In this document: piece by piece, positions 42,001-49,776 of the stretch
Position numbering within the stretch: the first letter of the stretch is position 1
Layout: every line of letters starts with the position of its first letter
Source: a virus
Virus record (IMG/VR): IMGVR_UViG_3300029310_000398
Coordinates: 32,001-96,000 of that record
Length of the DNA stretch: 64,000 bases
Reading direction: 5' to 3' (one strand)
The notes under the pieces: generated by a model
Seen by the model: the letters and a program-made list of their open reading frames with translations, nothing else
Databases searched by the model: none
What the model was told of the DNA's origin: nothing
Made by a program: the position numbers and the translations under genes

Positions 42001-44925
42001 TTACTCAGCGTCCTTCTTACGACGGCCAATCACAGGAGCCACCAGCAGCGCAGCGATGGAGACACCGGCCACAGCGAACACATACAGCCACCCGAAGGAA
42101 GTGTCACCCGTCTGAGGCGCATGAGGAACAGTCTCAGGGGAAGGCGTGCTGGGAGTGGTGTCATAATAGTAGTGACCGCCGCTGGGCTTATTTTCAGGCT
42201 TGGTATCAGGCTTATCTTCCGGCTTGTCCTCAGGCTTATCTTCGGGCTTGGTGATAGGCTTATCATCCTCATTCTTACCATCATCGCCGGGATTTTCAGG
42301 TTCCGCAGGGCGGTTGTAGCGGAGAATGATTTTATTCTCGCCACCCTCGGCAATCACGATAACCTCATAGTTGGCGGAAGTGAAGGTGTACGTACCATCC
42401 TTGAACGTGGTGTTCTTGGTAATGCCAGCAGCCCCGATGATGTCGCCAATATCGGCCTCAAGGATTTCCTCCGTCTGACCGTCCAGCTTACCATCGGTGT
42501 AATACTCATGGACAACCGTGAACTTTGTAGGGGCCTCGGTGTCTGTAGTACGGTCGTAGCGCAGAACCATGACGTTCTCAGCACCATCGACAACGACCAT
42601 CTTTGCGGGAGTGGCAGAGGTAAAAGAGTATGCTTTCTTGTTGTAGGCAGTCATCTTAAAAATGCTCTCGGAGTCAACTTCAGTATTCTCTTCAGCGGAC
42701 TGAGCCACGACAGCGACACCATCCATCTCACCATTGGTGTAATACTCATGCCGGATGGTATAAGGAACCATTGCGGGAACAACATCAACCGTGCGGTCAT
42801 AGCGAACAACGATAGTATTATCGCCATCAACAGTCAGGGTAACGGAAGTGGGCGTGCAGGAGGTGAAGCCGTATGTCTCTTCGTTGTAGGTGGTGCAGCG
42901 GGTCACGCTGTCAGCGTCCAGCACAGTACCCTCGGCGCCGGCAGACTCAACTACTGTCTCGCCATCGAGTTCGTTGTTGGTATAATACTCATGCTTGATG
43001 GTGTAGTTCACCTCAACAGGAGTGACCTCAACAGTGCGGTCATAGCGCAGGACGATAGTATTTTCCTGACCATAATCCAGCGTCAGCTCAGAGGGAGTGC
43101 AGCCGGTATACTCATACTCGCCATCCTGATAGTTCAGAACCTTGACAATGGCATCCTCGGATACCACATATCCGGAAGCGTTTTCCTCTTCGATAGTGGT
43201 AGCGCCATCAAATACATCATTTGTGTAGTATTCGTGCCGAATAGTGTAAACAATGTTGATGTTCACAGGAGGCATAGGAGGCGTGGGAGGAGTCTCGACA
43301 ACACGGTCGTAACGCAGCGTCATGGTTGCGCCCTCAGACACAATCATGACAGAGGGGTCAGCAGAAGTATACCCGTAGGTTTCATCGTTGTATTCGGTAA
43401 TCTTATCCAACGTGAAACTGTCAATCTCAGTACCTTCCTCGGCAGTCTGTGTAACAGTGATGGAGCCGTCCAGTTCACCATTGGTGTAATACTCATGCTT
43501 GATGTTATAGGAAACCTCGACAGGCTCAACGTAGGGCAGATAGCCGCGCACAGTGGGAATATCGAAAGCAATGGTCTTCTCCACGCCGCCGAAGGTATAG
43601 GTCAACACAGCAGAGGGGTTGACATCATAGGCCTTTCCTTCTACGAAACCTTCCTTGTCAGTCTGGAGAGTAATGGGATAGGTTACGGTATAGGAACGAG
43701 TTCCCTTCTCCTCATCTACAGTAGGAGTCACTGCGGTGACGTTCCACGTCAAACCATCGGAAGTCTTTGCGATACCGAAAGCCTCCAACTCAGACACGGA
43801 ACCAAGCTGGATGTAGCTGCCCATGGGTGCCACGACCGTACCGGCGTTGGTGGTCGTCACAATGGAATTGCCGATACTCTTGAACAGGTCGCTCAGTTCG
43901 TTCATGTCCTGCGTAGACAGGTAGTGGTCTGCGTCGGTCGCAACAGCCTTCATGGTGTCCTCGGCATTCTGCTTGCTGGTCTGCTCATTCTTGCCATAGC
44001 CATCCAGAAACACGGTGAAAATCTCAAAACCGGAATCCTTGGCAGCCTGCGCCTGAACGATAGCGGGCTGGCCGTTATCTGCATAGACCTTGTTAGTCAG
44101 AGTTGTGCGCTCATCATGCTCGCAGGTGACATCCAGAGAAGCATAGTGGTTGTCCTGCGTGTACTCGAAGTCGGAACCACTGCCAACGATGGAATTACGG
44201 TCGAAGCTGGTAACGAGGTTGCTGGCAGTGCCGCTGGACTTATTCCAGTTGTGGCGCCGGCCAGACTCGGTGCAGCCAGACCAATCAGCCGTACCGGTCA
44301 GACGATAGCTGTACGTGGGCATACCATCAGAGAACAGGACGATGACCTTCTGTGCAGAGCTCTTATCGGCAGCAAATACCTGCTGGGCAGCATAAATACC
44401 GGCCTGCACATTGGTGCCACCATCATAGATATCACTTACAGCAGTCGTCGCCGTGGTAACAGCCTCAGAGACCTTAGCCGTGTCGTTGGTCAGCCAACAG
44501 TGACTCCAGTATTTCGTACCAAAACTCACAACGGAGACCTGATTGCCGGCAGCAATGCCGTCTTTATCGAGGATGCCGGAGACAAACTCGTTCACAGCAG
44601 CTCTGGTATTAGTGCGCCGGTCGCCATCCATACTATTGGAGCGGTCGATGCACAGCACGATATGAACGGGCTTCACGGGCTCCAGTTCGACCAAATCGGA
44701 AGTAGTGACAGTCATCGTCACATCAAAGTCATTGCCAGTGGTGTGCGCTGCAGTCTCATGGACAGTAACCATACCGTCCGTGGACTTCATCAGGATACCC
44801 TGCTTCACAACCTCACCATCACGCACAGTGCTGGCGGCGTATGCCTTAATACCCACGCAGCTCAGGAGAACGCAGAGGAGTAAAAAGGCAGAGAGAATAC
44901 GCTTAAAGTTCGTAATCGTCTTCAT
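42001..44925 (-). CDS. sortase-anchored surface protein with an N-terminal vWA domain and six ~85-aa repeats
   Basis: Signal peptide. MIDAS DRSNSMDG (DxSxS). Repeats (V.Y.I.HEYYTNG..DG...V......G). P/K/E-rich stalk (PEDKPEDKPEDKPDTKPENKP). C-terminal APQTGD + helix + RRKKD. Confidence 0.9.
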   Translation of the reverse strand: MKTITNFKRILSAFLLLCVLLSCVGIKAYAASTVRDGEVVKQGILMKSTDGMVTVHETAAHTTGNDFDVTMTVTTSDLVELEPVKPVHIVLCIDRSNSMDGDRRTNTRAAVNEFVSGILDKDGIAAGNQVSVVSFGTKYWSHCWLTNDTAKVSEAVTTATTAVSDIYDGGTNVQAGIYAAQQVFAADKSSAQKVIVLFSDGMPTYSYRLTGTADWSGCTESGRRHNWNKSSGTASNLVTSFDRNSIVGSGSDFEYTQDNHYASLDVTCEHDERTTLTNKVYADNGQPAIVQAQAAKDSGFEIFTVFLDGYGKNEQTSKQNAEDTMKAVATDADHYLSTQDMNELSDLFKSIGNSIVTTTNAGTVVAPMGSYIQLGSVSELEAFGIAKTSDGLTWNVTAVTPTVDEEKGTRSYTVTYPITLQTDKEGFVEGKAYDVNPSAVLTYTFGGVEKTIAFDIPTVRGYLPYVEPVEVSYNIKHEYYTNGELDGSITVTQTAEEGTEIDSFTLDKITEYNDETYGYTSADPSVMIVSEGATMTLRYDRVVETPPTPPMPPVNINIVYTIRHEYYTNDVFDGATTIEEENASGYVVSEDAIVKVLNYQDGEYEYTGCTPSELTLDYGQENTIVLRYDRTVEVTPVEVNYTIKHEYYTNNELDGETVVESAGAEGTVLDADSVTRCTTYNEETYGFTSCTPTSVTLTVDGDNTIVVRYDRTVDVVPAMVPYTIRHEYYTNGEMDGVAVVAQSAEENTEVDSESIFKMTAYNKKAYSFTSATPAKMVVVDGAENVMVLRYDRTTDTEAPTKFTVVHEYYTDGKLDGQTEEILEADIGDIIGAAGITKNTTFKDGTYTFTSANYEVIVIAEGGENKIILRYNRPAEPENPGDDGKNEDDKPITKPEDKPEDKPEDKPDTKPENKPSGGHYYYDTTPSTPSPETVPHAPQTGDTSFGWLYVFAVAGVSIAALLVAPVIGRRKKDAE

Positions 44926-44966
44926 AATTCTTTTGTCCTTTCAAGTTTGAAAAAGTATGCCACCCT

Positions 44967-44991
44967 AAAGTGTGCAATGATTGCACACTTT
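44967..44991. repeat. palindrome copy 5 (AAAGTGTGCAATGATTGCACACTTT), in the leader of the vWA gene
   Basis: Perfect inverted repeat 42 nt upstream of the start codon. Confidence 0.85.
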
Positions 44992-45091
44992 TCAATTCGC
45001 CTCTCTTAGAGACTACCCCTTTTGCGTCTCGATAGGCGGTTCATAAAAATTTGCTCCCGCCTTATGGAAATGGTACAGTCACCGCTTCTTC

Positions 45092-45199
45092 AATCCGAAG
45101 CTATCTCTCACATAGAGTTCGGAATACACGGCAATTTCCTGCTTCAATGACGAACATCCGTCTCCACAGGCGTAAATTCCGGTCATACCATCCGTACTT
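45092..45199 (-). repeat. structured element, copy C (core + GUGAGAGA hairpin)
   Basis: AAGTACGGATGGTATGACCGGAATTTACGCCTGTGGAGACGGATGTTCGTCATTGAAGCAGGAAATT plus TCCGAA..ATGTGAGAGA..TTCGGA. The stems covary relative to copies A2 and B. Confidence 0.7.
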
Positions 45200-45213
45200 A
45201 AAATCGCTCTCTG

Positions 45214-45242
45214 GAAAAGTGTGCAATCATTGCACACTTTTC
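45214..45242. repeat. palindrome copy 6 (GAAAAGTGTGCAATCATTGCACACTTTTC)
   Basis: Perfect 29-nt palindrome. Confidence 0.85.
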
Positions 45243-45244
45243 GT

Positions 45245-45418
45245 TTACCCCCAGAACCCAACCTGACTGTAGTAGAAGAAGTCTCTCATAAGCTGGTTTC
45301 GGTTTGCGGGAGTGTCGGGCATCGTGTAACCGTCGCGGTAGTTACAAAGGAACAGCTCACCGTCCTCGACGCCGCACATGATGCCGACATGGTCATCTCT
45401 TGCGAAGATTGTTACCAA
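45245..45418 (-). CDS. possible small ORF (57 aa, TTG start)
   Basis: AGGAGG 8 nt upstream of the TTG. Translation MVTIFARDDHVGIMCGVEDGELFLCNYRDGYTMPDTPANRNQLMRDFFYYSQVGFWG. Not in the track, and it is antisense to track ORF 45221-45421. Confidence 0.4.
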   Translation of the reverse strand: MVTIFARDDHVGIMCGVEDGELFLCNYRDGYTMPDTPANRNQLMRDFFYYSQVGFWG

Positions 45419-45442
45419 TAACGTGTCCTCCTTTCTTCTTGG

Positions 45443-45904
45443 TTAAGCGTTGCTGTAGGCGGTCTGCACCACCACAGGCTCCGCAGGAACTTCAGGCGCC
45501 ATATTGTTTTCGACCCATTTATCATGAGACTCCATGACAGGGCCTGTGATAGTCAACCCCTGCGGCCACATCGGGTACTTGCGGTCCTTGTCAGGAATAC
45601 CACGGACGATAAGCGCAGGATTCACAGCGAACTCCCAGCCCTCCTTATCCTTGCGTACCACATAGATAAAGCCGTATTTCTGCAGGGCGGTAATCCACGA
45701 GGTAACGCTGCGGAGTTTTCCGCCAGTCGCCTCACACAGCGCATCGCGCCGACAGTATACGATATTCTCGTCGTTCATTTGTCCGGCGAGGTACATCACA
45801 ATCGTCCATGCACCCTTGGACTGAAGCGTCAGTGCGACGATTTGCTCGATATAGTAGTTGTTGATGGAATATGCGGTCTTAGATTTATCACACATTTCGC
45901 TCAC
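45443..45904 (-). CDS. winged-helix DNA-binding protein (153 aa), possible replication/maintenance factor
   Basis: LRSVTSWITALQKYGFIYVVRKDKEGWEFAVNP has a wHTH recognition-helix plus wing pattern, paralogous to modules in the upstream gene. Confidence 0.65.
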   Translation of the reverse strand: MSEMCDKSKTAYSINNYYIEQIVALTLQSKGAWTIVMYLAGQMNDENIVYCRRDALCEATGGKLRSVTSWITALQKYGFIYVVRKDKEGWEFAVNPALIVRGIPDKDRKYPMWPQGLTITGPVMESHDKWVENNMAPEVPAEPVVVQTAYSNA

Positions 45905-45908
45905 CCCC

Positions 45909-46922
45909 TCAGGACGTCTTTTCTTCTTGTTCTTCCTGCTCCGCCTGCCGAAGCACTTGGTTTTTCCAAATGGCGGAGGGAATTTTCTGTTTCTTCAGCG
46001 GGACGCCCCCAAACATGACGTCTGCATATGGGCCAGTGATGCCGATATCCGGTGGGAATGCACTCCGTTTCAAGCCGGAATACGTTCCTCGCCAGAAAAT
46101 ACGGTGGTTCACGGCGTATGTACCAGCCCCTCCCCTGCCGCCACGCCTCAACGTTACGACATATCCGTATTTTTTCAAATCGCTCATGGCACTGCAGAGC
46201 ATCCGATATCCGATACCCGTTTCCTTCTCGATTTCAGAGTAGGAACAGGTAATGGCGTTGTATTTATCCATGTGTTCTACGAGATATAGCAGCGTGGCCG
46301 TGGCAGACGGGTTTTCCATTGTCAGCCCACACAGGTGTCCAATAAAATTGTCATTCATCTGAAAGAACTTACTGAATGGACAATGTGCCCTGCTGCTGAC
46401 GACCACTTCCTCAGGGGTTCCATTCTTGAAGACCTCCTGCATAACCGCCGCCTGCATCTCTTTGGCCTGCTCGTCAAGGGAGATAACTACATTTGCCTTG
46501 AGCTGGCAGTAGTATTTCCCATTACCCCACGAATGCCATGTGATGTCGCCGTTCAGCACGTATATCGTGCCGTAGCCAGAGCGAAGAGTCATGAGCCAGC
46601 CGCCATTTCGAAGCTCTGCGATGCAACTGTAAATCGTCCGTGTCGTCATCTTCAGGCAGTCGGCGAGAACTCTCGCCGAGCATATGCAAGCATTCTCACC
46701 TCCCGCATTCGCTCTCAACGCCAGATATGTCACGAACGCACTGGGAGAGTTGTGCGCCAGCGCTGAAAGCTCCGCACTTTTCTCCTCGTTTATCTGCGTC
46801 CATGCGTAGTACACAGGAGCTTCTGTGCGGGACGGACCAGCGACAGCGCGAGGGTCTTCCCTGTTCTCTGTGCCGTTCAAATTGTCATAAGTCACGCTTA
46901 ATCCCTCCTGTTTCTTAATCAC
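45909..46922 (-). CDS. double winged-helix protein (337 aa), possible replication initiator
   Basis: Two wHTH-like modules (TRTIYSCIAELRNGGWLMTLRSG... and YRMLCSAMSDLKKYGYVVTLRRGG...). A strong promoter and an AT-rich region lie upstream. Confidence 0.7.
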   Translation of the reverse strand: MIKKQEGLSVTYDNLNGTENREDPRAVAGPSRTEAPVYYAWTQINEEKSAELSALAHNSPSAFVTYLALRANAGGENACICSARVLADCLKMTTRTIYSCIAELRNGGWLMTLRSGYGTIYVLNGDITWHSWGNGKYYCQLKANVVISLDEQAKEMQAAVMQEVFKNGTPEEVVVSSRAHCPFSKFFQMNDNFIGHLCGLTMENPSATATLLYLVEHMDKYNAITCSYSEIEKETGIGYRMLCSAMSDLKKYGYVVTLRRGGRGGAGTYAVNHRIFWRGTYSGLKRSAFPPDIGITGPYADVMFGGVPLKKQKIPSAIWKNQVLRQAEQEEQEEKTS

Positions 46923-46928
46923 AACGTT

Positions 46929-46957
46929 ATACTAACACGAACATAAAAAAATGTCAA
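46929..46957 (-). promoter_or_regulatory. promoter of the Rep-like operon (TTGACA-17-TAGTAT)
   Basis: The core at 46935-46960 is identical to 8254-8279. Confidence 0.75.
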
Positions 46958-47427
46958 GTCTATATTGGCAAAAATCAGATATTTTGGCAAGTATTTTCAT
47001 GTTAAATTTGAAAAGTGTCGTTCAGTTTCATATTGGTGTGCAGTGACGCCGCAGGATAAAAGGGACAGGCACAGACAACACCTCCTACGCCTGTAAAACA
47101 CACCCGTTTTTATCATGAACCGACTTCTCAGGTCAATATGAAATTTGAGTACATGATAAAATTTTCCGAAAAATCCGGAAACCGTTGTGCCACAACGGAT
47201 TGCTGGATTGGAAAAAATTGGCTCTCTCTATATATATTTACCTTATCTAAAATAAAAGCACTAACTTTTTGTGCGTTTTCAGCGTTCGGAAATGCGGTTT
47301 TGCAGGCTCAGGCAGGGGACGATGAGCAGGGGTTTTCCGGTCGAACGGGAGGCCTCTGCGAAGCTGCGGGAGCTTCGCTCCCGTGCCTGAAAAAAACGAA
47401 AACAGGAAATTTTCCTCGCAAGAGGCA

Positions 47428-47455
47428 TTGACAAAATATCGCCTTGTGGTAGTAT
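47428..47455 (+). promoter_or_regulatory. promoter TTGACAAAATAT...TGGTAGTAT
   Basis: TTGACAAAATATCGCCTTGTGGTAGTAT. A TTGACAAAATAT family member. Confidence 0.7.
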
Positions 47456-47486
47456 AGAACTATAATTACGAAGCTATCATTACGAT

Positions 47487-47509
47487 GGAGCAAAAGCTCC
47501 TGTTTTTTT
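47487..47509 (+). terminator. leader terminator 1 (GGAGC-AAAA-GCTCC-TGTTTTTTT)
   Basis: Short hairpin plus a T7 run, about 30 nt downstream of the predicted transcription start. Confidence 0.6.
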
Positions 47510-47528
47510 AAGACACCATACGTATTCA

Positions 47529-47564
47529 AGAGACCATCATCCATGTCGATGATGGTCTCTTTTT
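47529..47564 (+). terminator. leader terminator 2 (13-bp stem AGAGACCATCATC/GATGATGGTCTCT + TTTT)
   Basis: Perfect 13-bp stem, 6-nt loop and T-run, located 80 nt before the start codon at 47643. Confidence 0.7.
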
Positions 47565-47642
47565 GGATATATGTCCCATGCTAAATTTTTGGAAAGTCTT
47601 GTAAGTCCATTGCGGCAAAGACGAGAAAGGAGAAACACCCCT

Positions 47643-48716
47643 ATGAACAACGGCTATTATTCCCAGCAACAGCCCCAGCAGTATCCGCAGCAGCAGATGT
47701 ACCAACAGCCTGCTCCTCAGTCGATGTATCAGCAGCCTCAGCAGCAGATGCCTATGCAGCAGCCGCAGTATGCGCCTCCTGCACAGCCGCAGATGCGTGG
47801 GCCCAACGATATTATCGTCCGAGCGGATGCCAGTAAGCGCATTTTGGATTTCCGTAATGCGCTGGTTCCCGCAAATCCCGCAGACTATGCCATGCTGCAT
47901 GGTGCCGGTGGCGCAAAGCACGCCGCCCGCTCCGGCATCAAGGTCGTCATCTGTGATTACAGCGGCGGTACTGGCAACGGCAAGAGCATCAGCGTGGCCG
48001 CAAATGCAAGCCCCGACCTCTTCCCTGTTCTGGCGGATGTCGCACTGTCCAATATGGGCCAGTACGGTATTTCTCCGAGAGATGGGATTTGGTCCAAGCT
48101 GTTCGGTCGGTTCCGTGAACAGGGTGCTGTGTTCGGTGCCTTCTACGCACTGGTGCAGAAACTGGAGAACACCTTCGGTTCTACCGCCAATGGACGCATC
48201 GCACCGATGGCGCCTCCGTACTACGGAGAGCTGGCCGGTTCCTTCGGTCAGGCCCGTGTTTCCATGGAGGCCTGTGCCGCACAGAGCCAGCAGGCTGCGG
48301 AACTGTCCCCTGTTCCCTTTACGCGGGACTTCCAGCACACGCAGACCCGTGTCAACACCAGAGCGCGTTCCCGCGATGGGTTCGTACCTGTGTCTCTGCT
48401 GACTATCACGCGGCAGGGTTACGTGAAGGGTGAGAAGCGGCGTCTTCCGTGGACGGTGAAAATCACCAACTTTGAAGCCCGTCCCAGTGGTCAGGGCAAC
48501 GGCACCACGGCCTACGATGCCGGTTCCATGCGTAACAAGCAGGAATGTTTCATTCAGATTTCCGATGATGATATGTTCCGCTGCTGCCGTCGTGTAACAC
48601 GGTTCGTGGAGGTTTGGGAAATCGCCACCGGCGTTTCCCTCGTATCCAACGGACTGGCTACCCGTGAGCAGGCCCGCGAAGACTATCGCCGTCAGAAAAA
48701 CGAGAATCGCTGCTGA
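47643..48716 (+). CDS. hypothetical protein with a Q/P-rich N-terminus (357 aa)
   Basis: AAAGGAG RBS before ATG 47643. N-terminus NNGYYSQQQPQQYPQQQMYQQPAPQSMYQQPQQQMPMQQPQYAPPAQPQ. The antisense 798-aa ORF is rejected. Confidence 0.7.
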   Translation: MNNGYYSQQQPQQYPQQQMYQQPAPQSMYQQPQQQMPMQQPQYAPPAQPQMRGPNDIIVRADASKRILDFRNALVPANPADYAMLHGAGGAKHAARSGIKVVICDYSGGTGNGKSISVAANASPDLFPVLADVALSNMGQYGISPRDGIWSKLFGRFREQGAVFGAFYALVQKLENTFGSTANGRIAPMAPPYYGELAGSFGQARVSMEACAAQSQQAAELSPVPFTRDFQHTQTRVNTRARSRDGFVPVSLLTITRQGYVKGEKRRLPWTVKITNFEARPSGQGNGTTAYDAGSMRNKQECFIQISDDDMFRCCRRVTRFVEVWEIATGVSLVSNGLATREQAREDYRRQKNENRC

Positions 48717-48749
48717 TGCAGCCCCTGAAAAAGAAAGGAGAAAACGAAC

Positions 48750-49679
48750 ATGAACAACACTGAGGTTTTCATCAATGCCCGTAAGTGCAGCTACGACCCG
48801 ATGCAGGACCTTATCGACGTCACCTATGACAATGATAAGCACTCCGCCTATCTGCAGGTTCCCCACCGGCTCATCTGGTTCGCCACGTACTGCGCCGAGA
48901 ACGGCTTGAACGGTTACGTGGACGACGGTGATGTGAAGTACATCCCTGAGCTGGCTCTGATGCAGGCTACCGCATCTGTATTCATCAACGGCAACATGGT
49001 GGGACGTTCCACTGCTGGCTGTGCTATCACTGCCGGCGACTACGACTCCATCAACAATGCCATCCAGACTGCCGCAACCCGCGCCAAGGGCCGCGCCCTT
49101 GCCAATGCTGGTTTCGGCACGCCTCCCACGATGGACGGCGGCAATGCCGCCGAGGACGGGAACAACTACCCCTGTGACGGTGGTATTCCCTTCCAGTACC
49201 CGCAGATGGTCGTGAGTAATGGGCAGGTCGTCCAGAATCCTGTGATGCCGCCTGTCAATCCGATGCCGTATGCCGGTAATCCTGCACCTGCGCCCAATCC
49301 GGCACCAACTCAGGCTCCGCCTGCTTCGTCCTTCCCCTTTGGACAGCAGCAGATGCAGATGCCTCAGCCGGCGCCGCAGCAGCAGCAGCCTCCTATGACC
49401 TATCCTCAGCAGCCCGCACCTCAGTCTCCTATGACGGCTCCCGTTCAGCGACAGGCTCCGGTACAGCAGCCTATCGGCGTCGCCGGTATGACGCTGGAGC
49501 AGGCAAAGGCCTTCGTCATTCCTTCCGGAAAGATGAAGGGTAAGGTGATGGGTGAACTGGATATCGACATGGTCAAGTGGTACGCCGAGAAGTGCAAGGC
49601 CATCAACAACCCCAACTTGATTGTTGCGGCCAAGCTGGTCTTGGAAGAGAAGGCGCGGATGCTGCAGATGATTCCCTAA
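48750..49679 (+). CDS. hypothetical protein with a Rad52/Sak-like single-strand annealing motif (309 aa)
   Basis: AIQTAATRAKGRALANAGFG resembles the conserved (S/T)DA.KRA...FG(I/L)G signature of Rad52-family SSAPs. The middle is P/Q-rich. The family call is tentative. Confidence 0.7.
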   Translation: MNNTEVFINARKCSYDPMQDLIDVTYDNDKHSAYLQVPHRLIWFATYCAENGLNGYVDDGDVKYIPELALMQATASVFINGNMVGRSTAGCAITAGDYDSINNAIQTAATRAKGRALANAGFGTPPTMDGGNAAEDGNNYPCDGGIPFQYPQMVVSNGQVVQNPVMPPVNPMPYAGNPAPAPNPAPTQAPPASSFPFGQQQMQMPQPAPQQQQPPMTYPQQPAPQSPMTAPVQRQAPVQQPIGVAGMTLEQAKAFVIPSGKMKGKVMGELDIDMVKWYAEKCKAINNPNLIVAAKLVLEEKARMLQMIP

Positions 49680-49700
49680 ACCTCTTTTGGGGCACGGAGC

Positions 49701-49729
49701 GAAAAGTGTGCAATGATTGCACACTTTTC
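49701..49729. repeat. palindrome copy 7 (GAAAAGTGTGCAATGATTGCACACTTTTC), between the Rad52-like and primase genes
   Basis: Perfect 29-nt palindrome, and the only copy in the plus-strand operon. Confidence 0.85.
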
Positions 49730-49776
49730 CTCCTCCCCACGGATACATGAAAATTTGCAAGAAAGGAGAAAAAAAT

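Noticed and set aside
41977-44883. 968-aa plus-strand ORF
   Set aside because: It is antisense to the vWA surface-protein gene. It starts inside the palindromic hairpin and has low-complexity R/G/L/I-rich composition.
45221-45421. 66-aa plus-strand ORF
   Set aside because: It starts inside palindrome copy 6 and has no RBS. The opposite strand has an ORF with a canonical AGGAGG at correct spacing, although that one is also of low confidence.
47138-47431. 97-aa ORF in the putative origin region
   Set aside because: No RBS, it runs into the promoter at 47428, and its composition changes abruptly. The region is better explained as non-coding.
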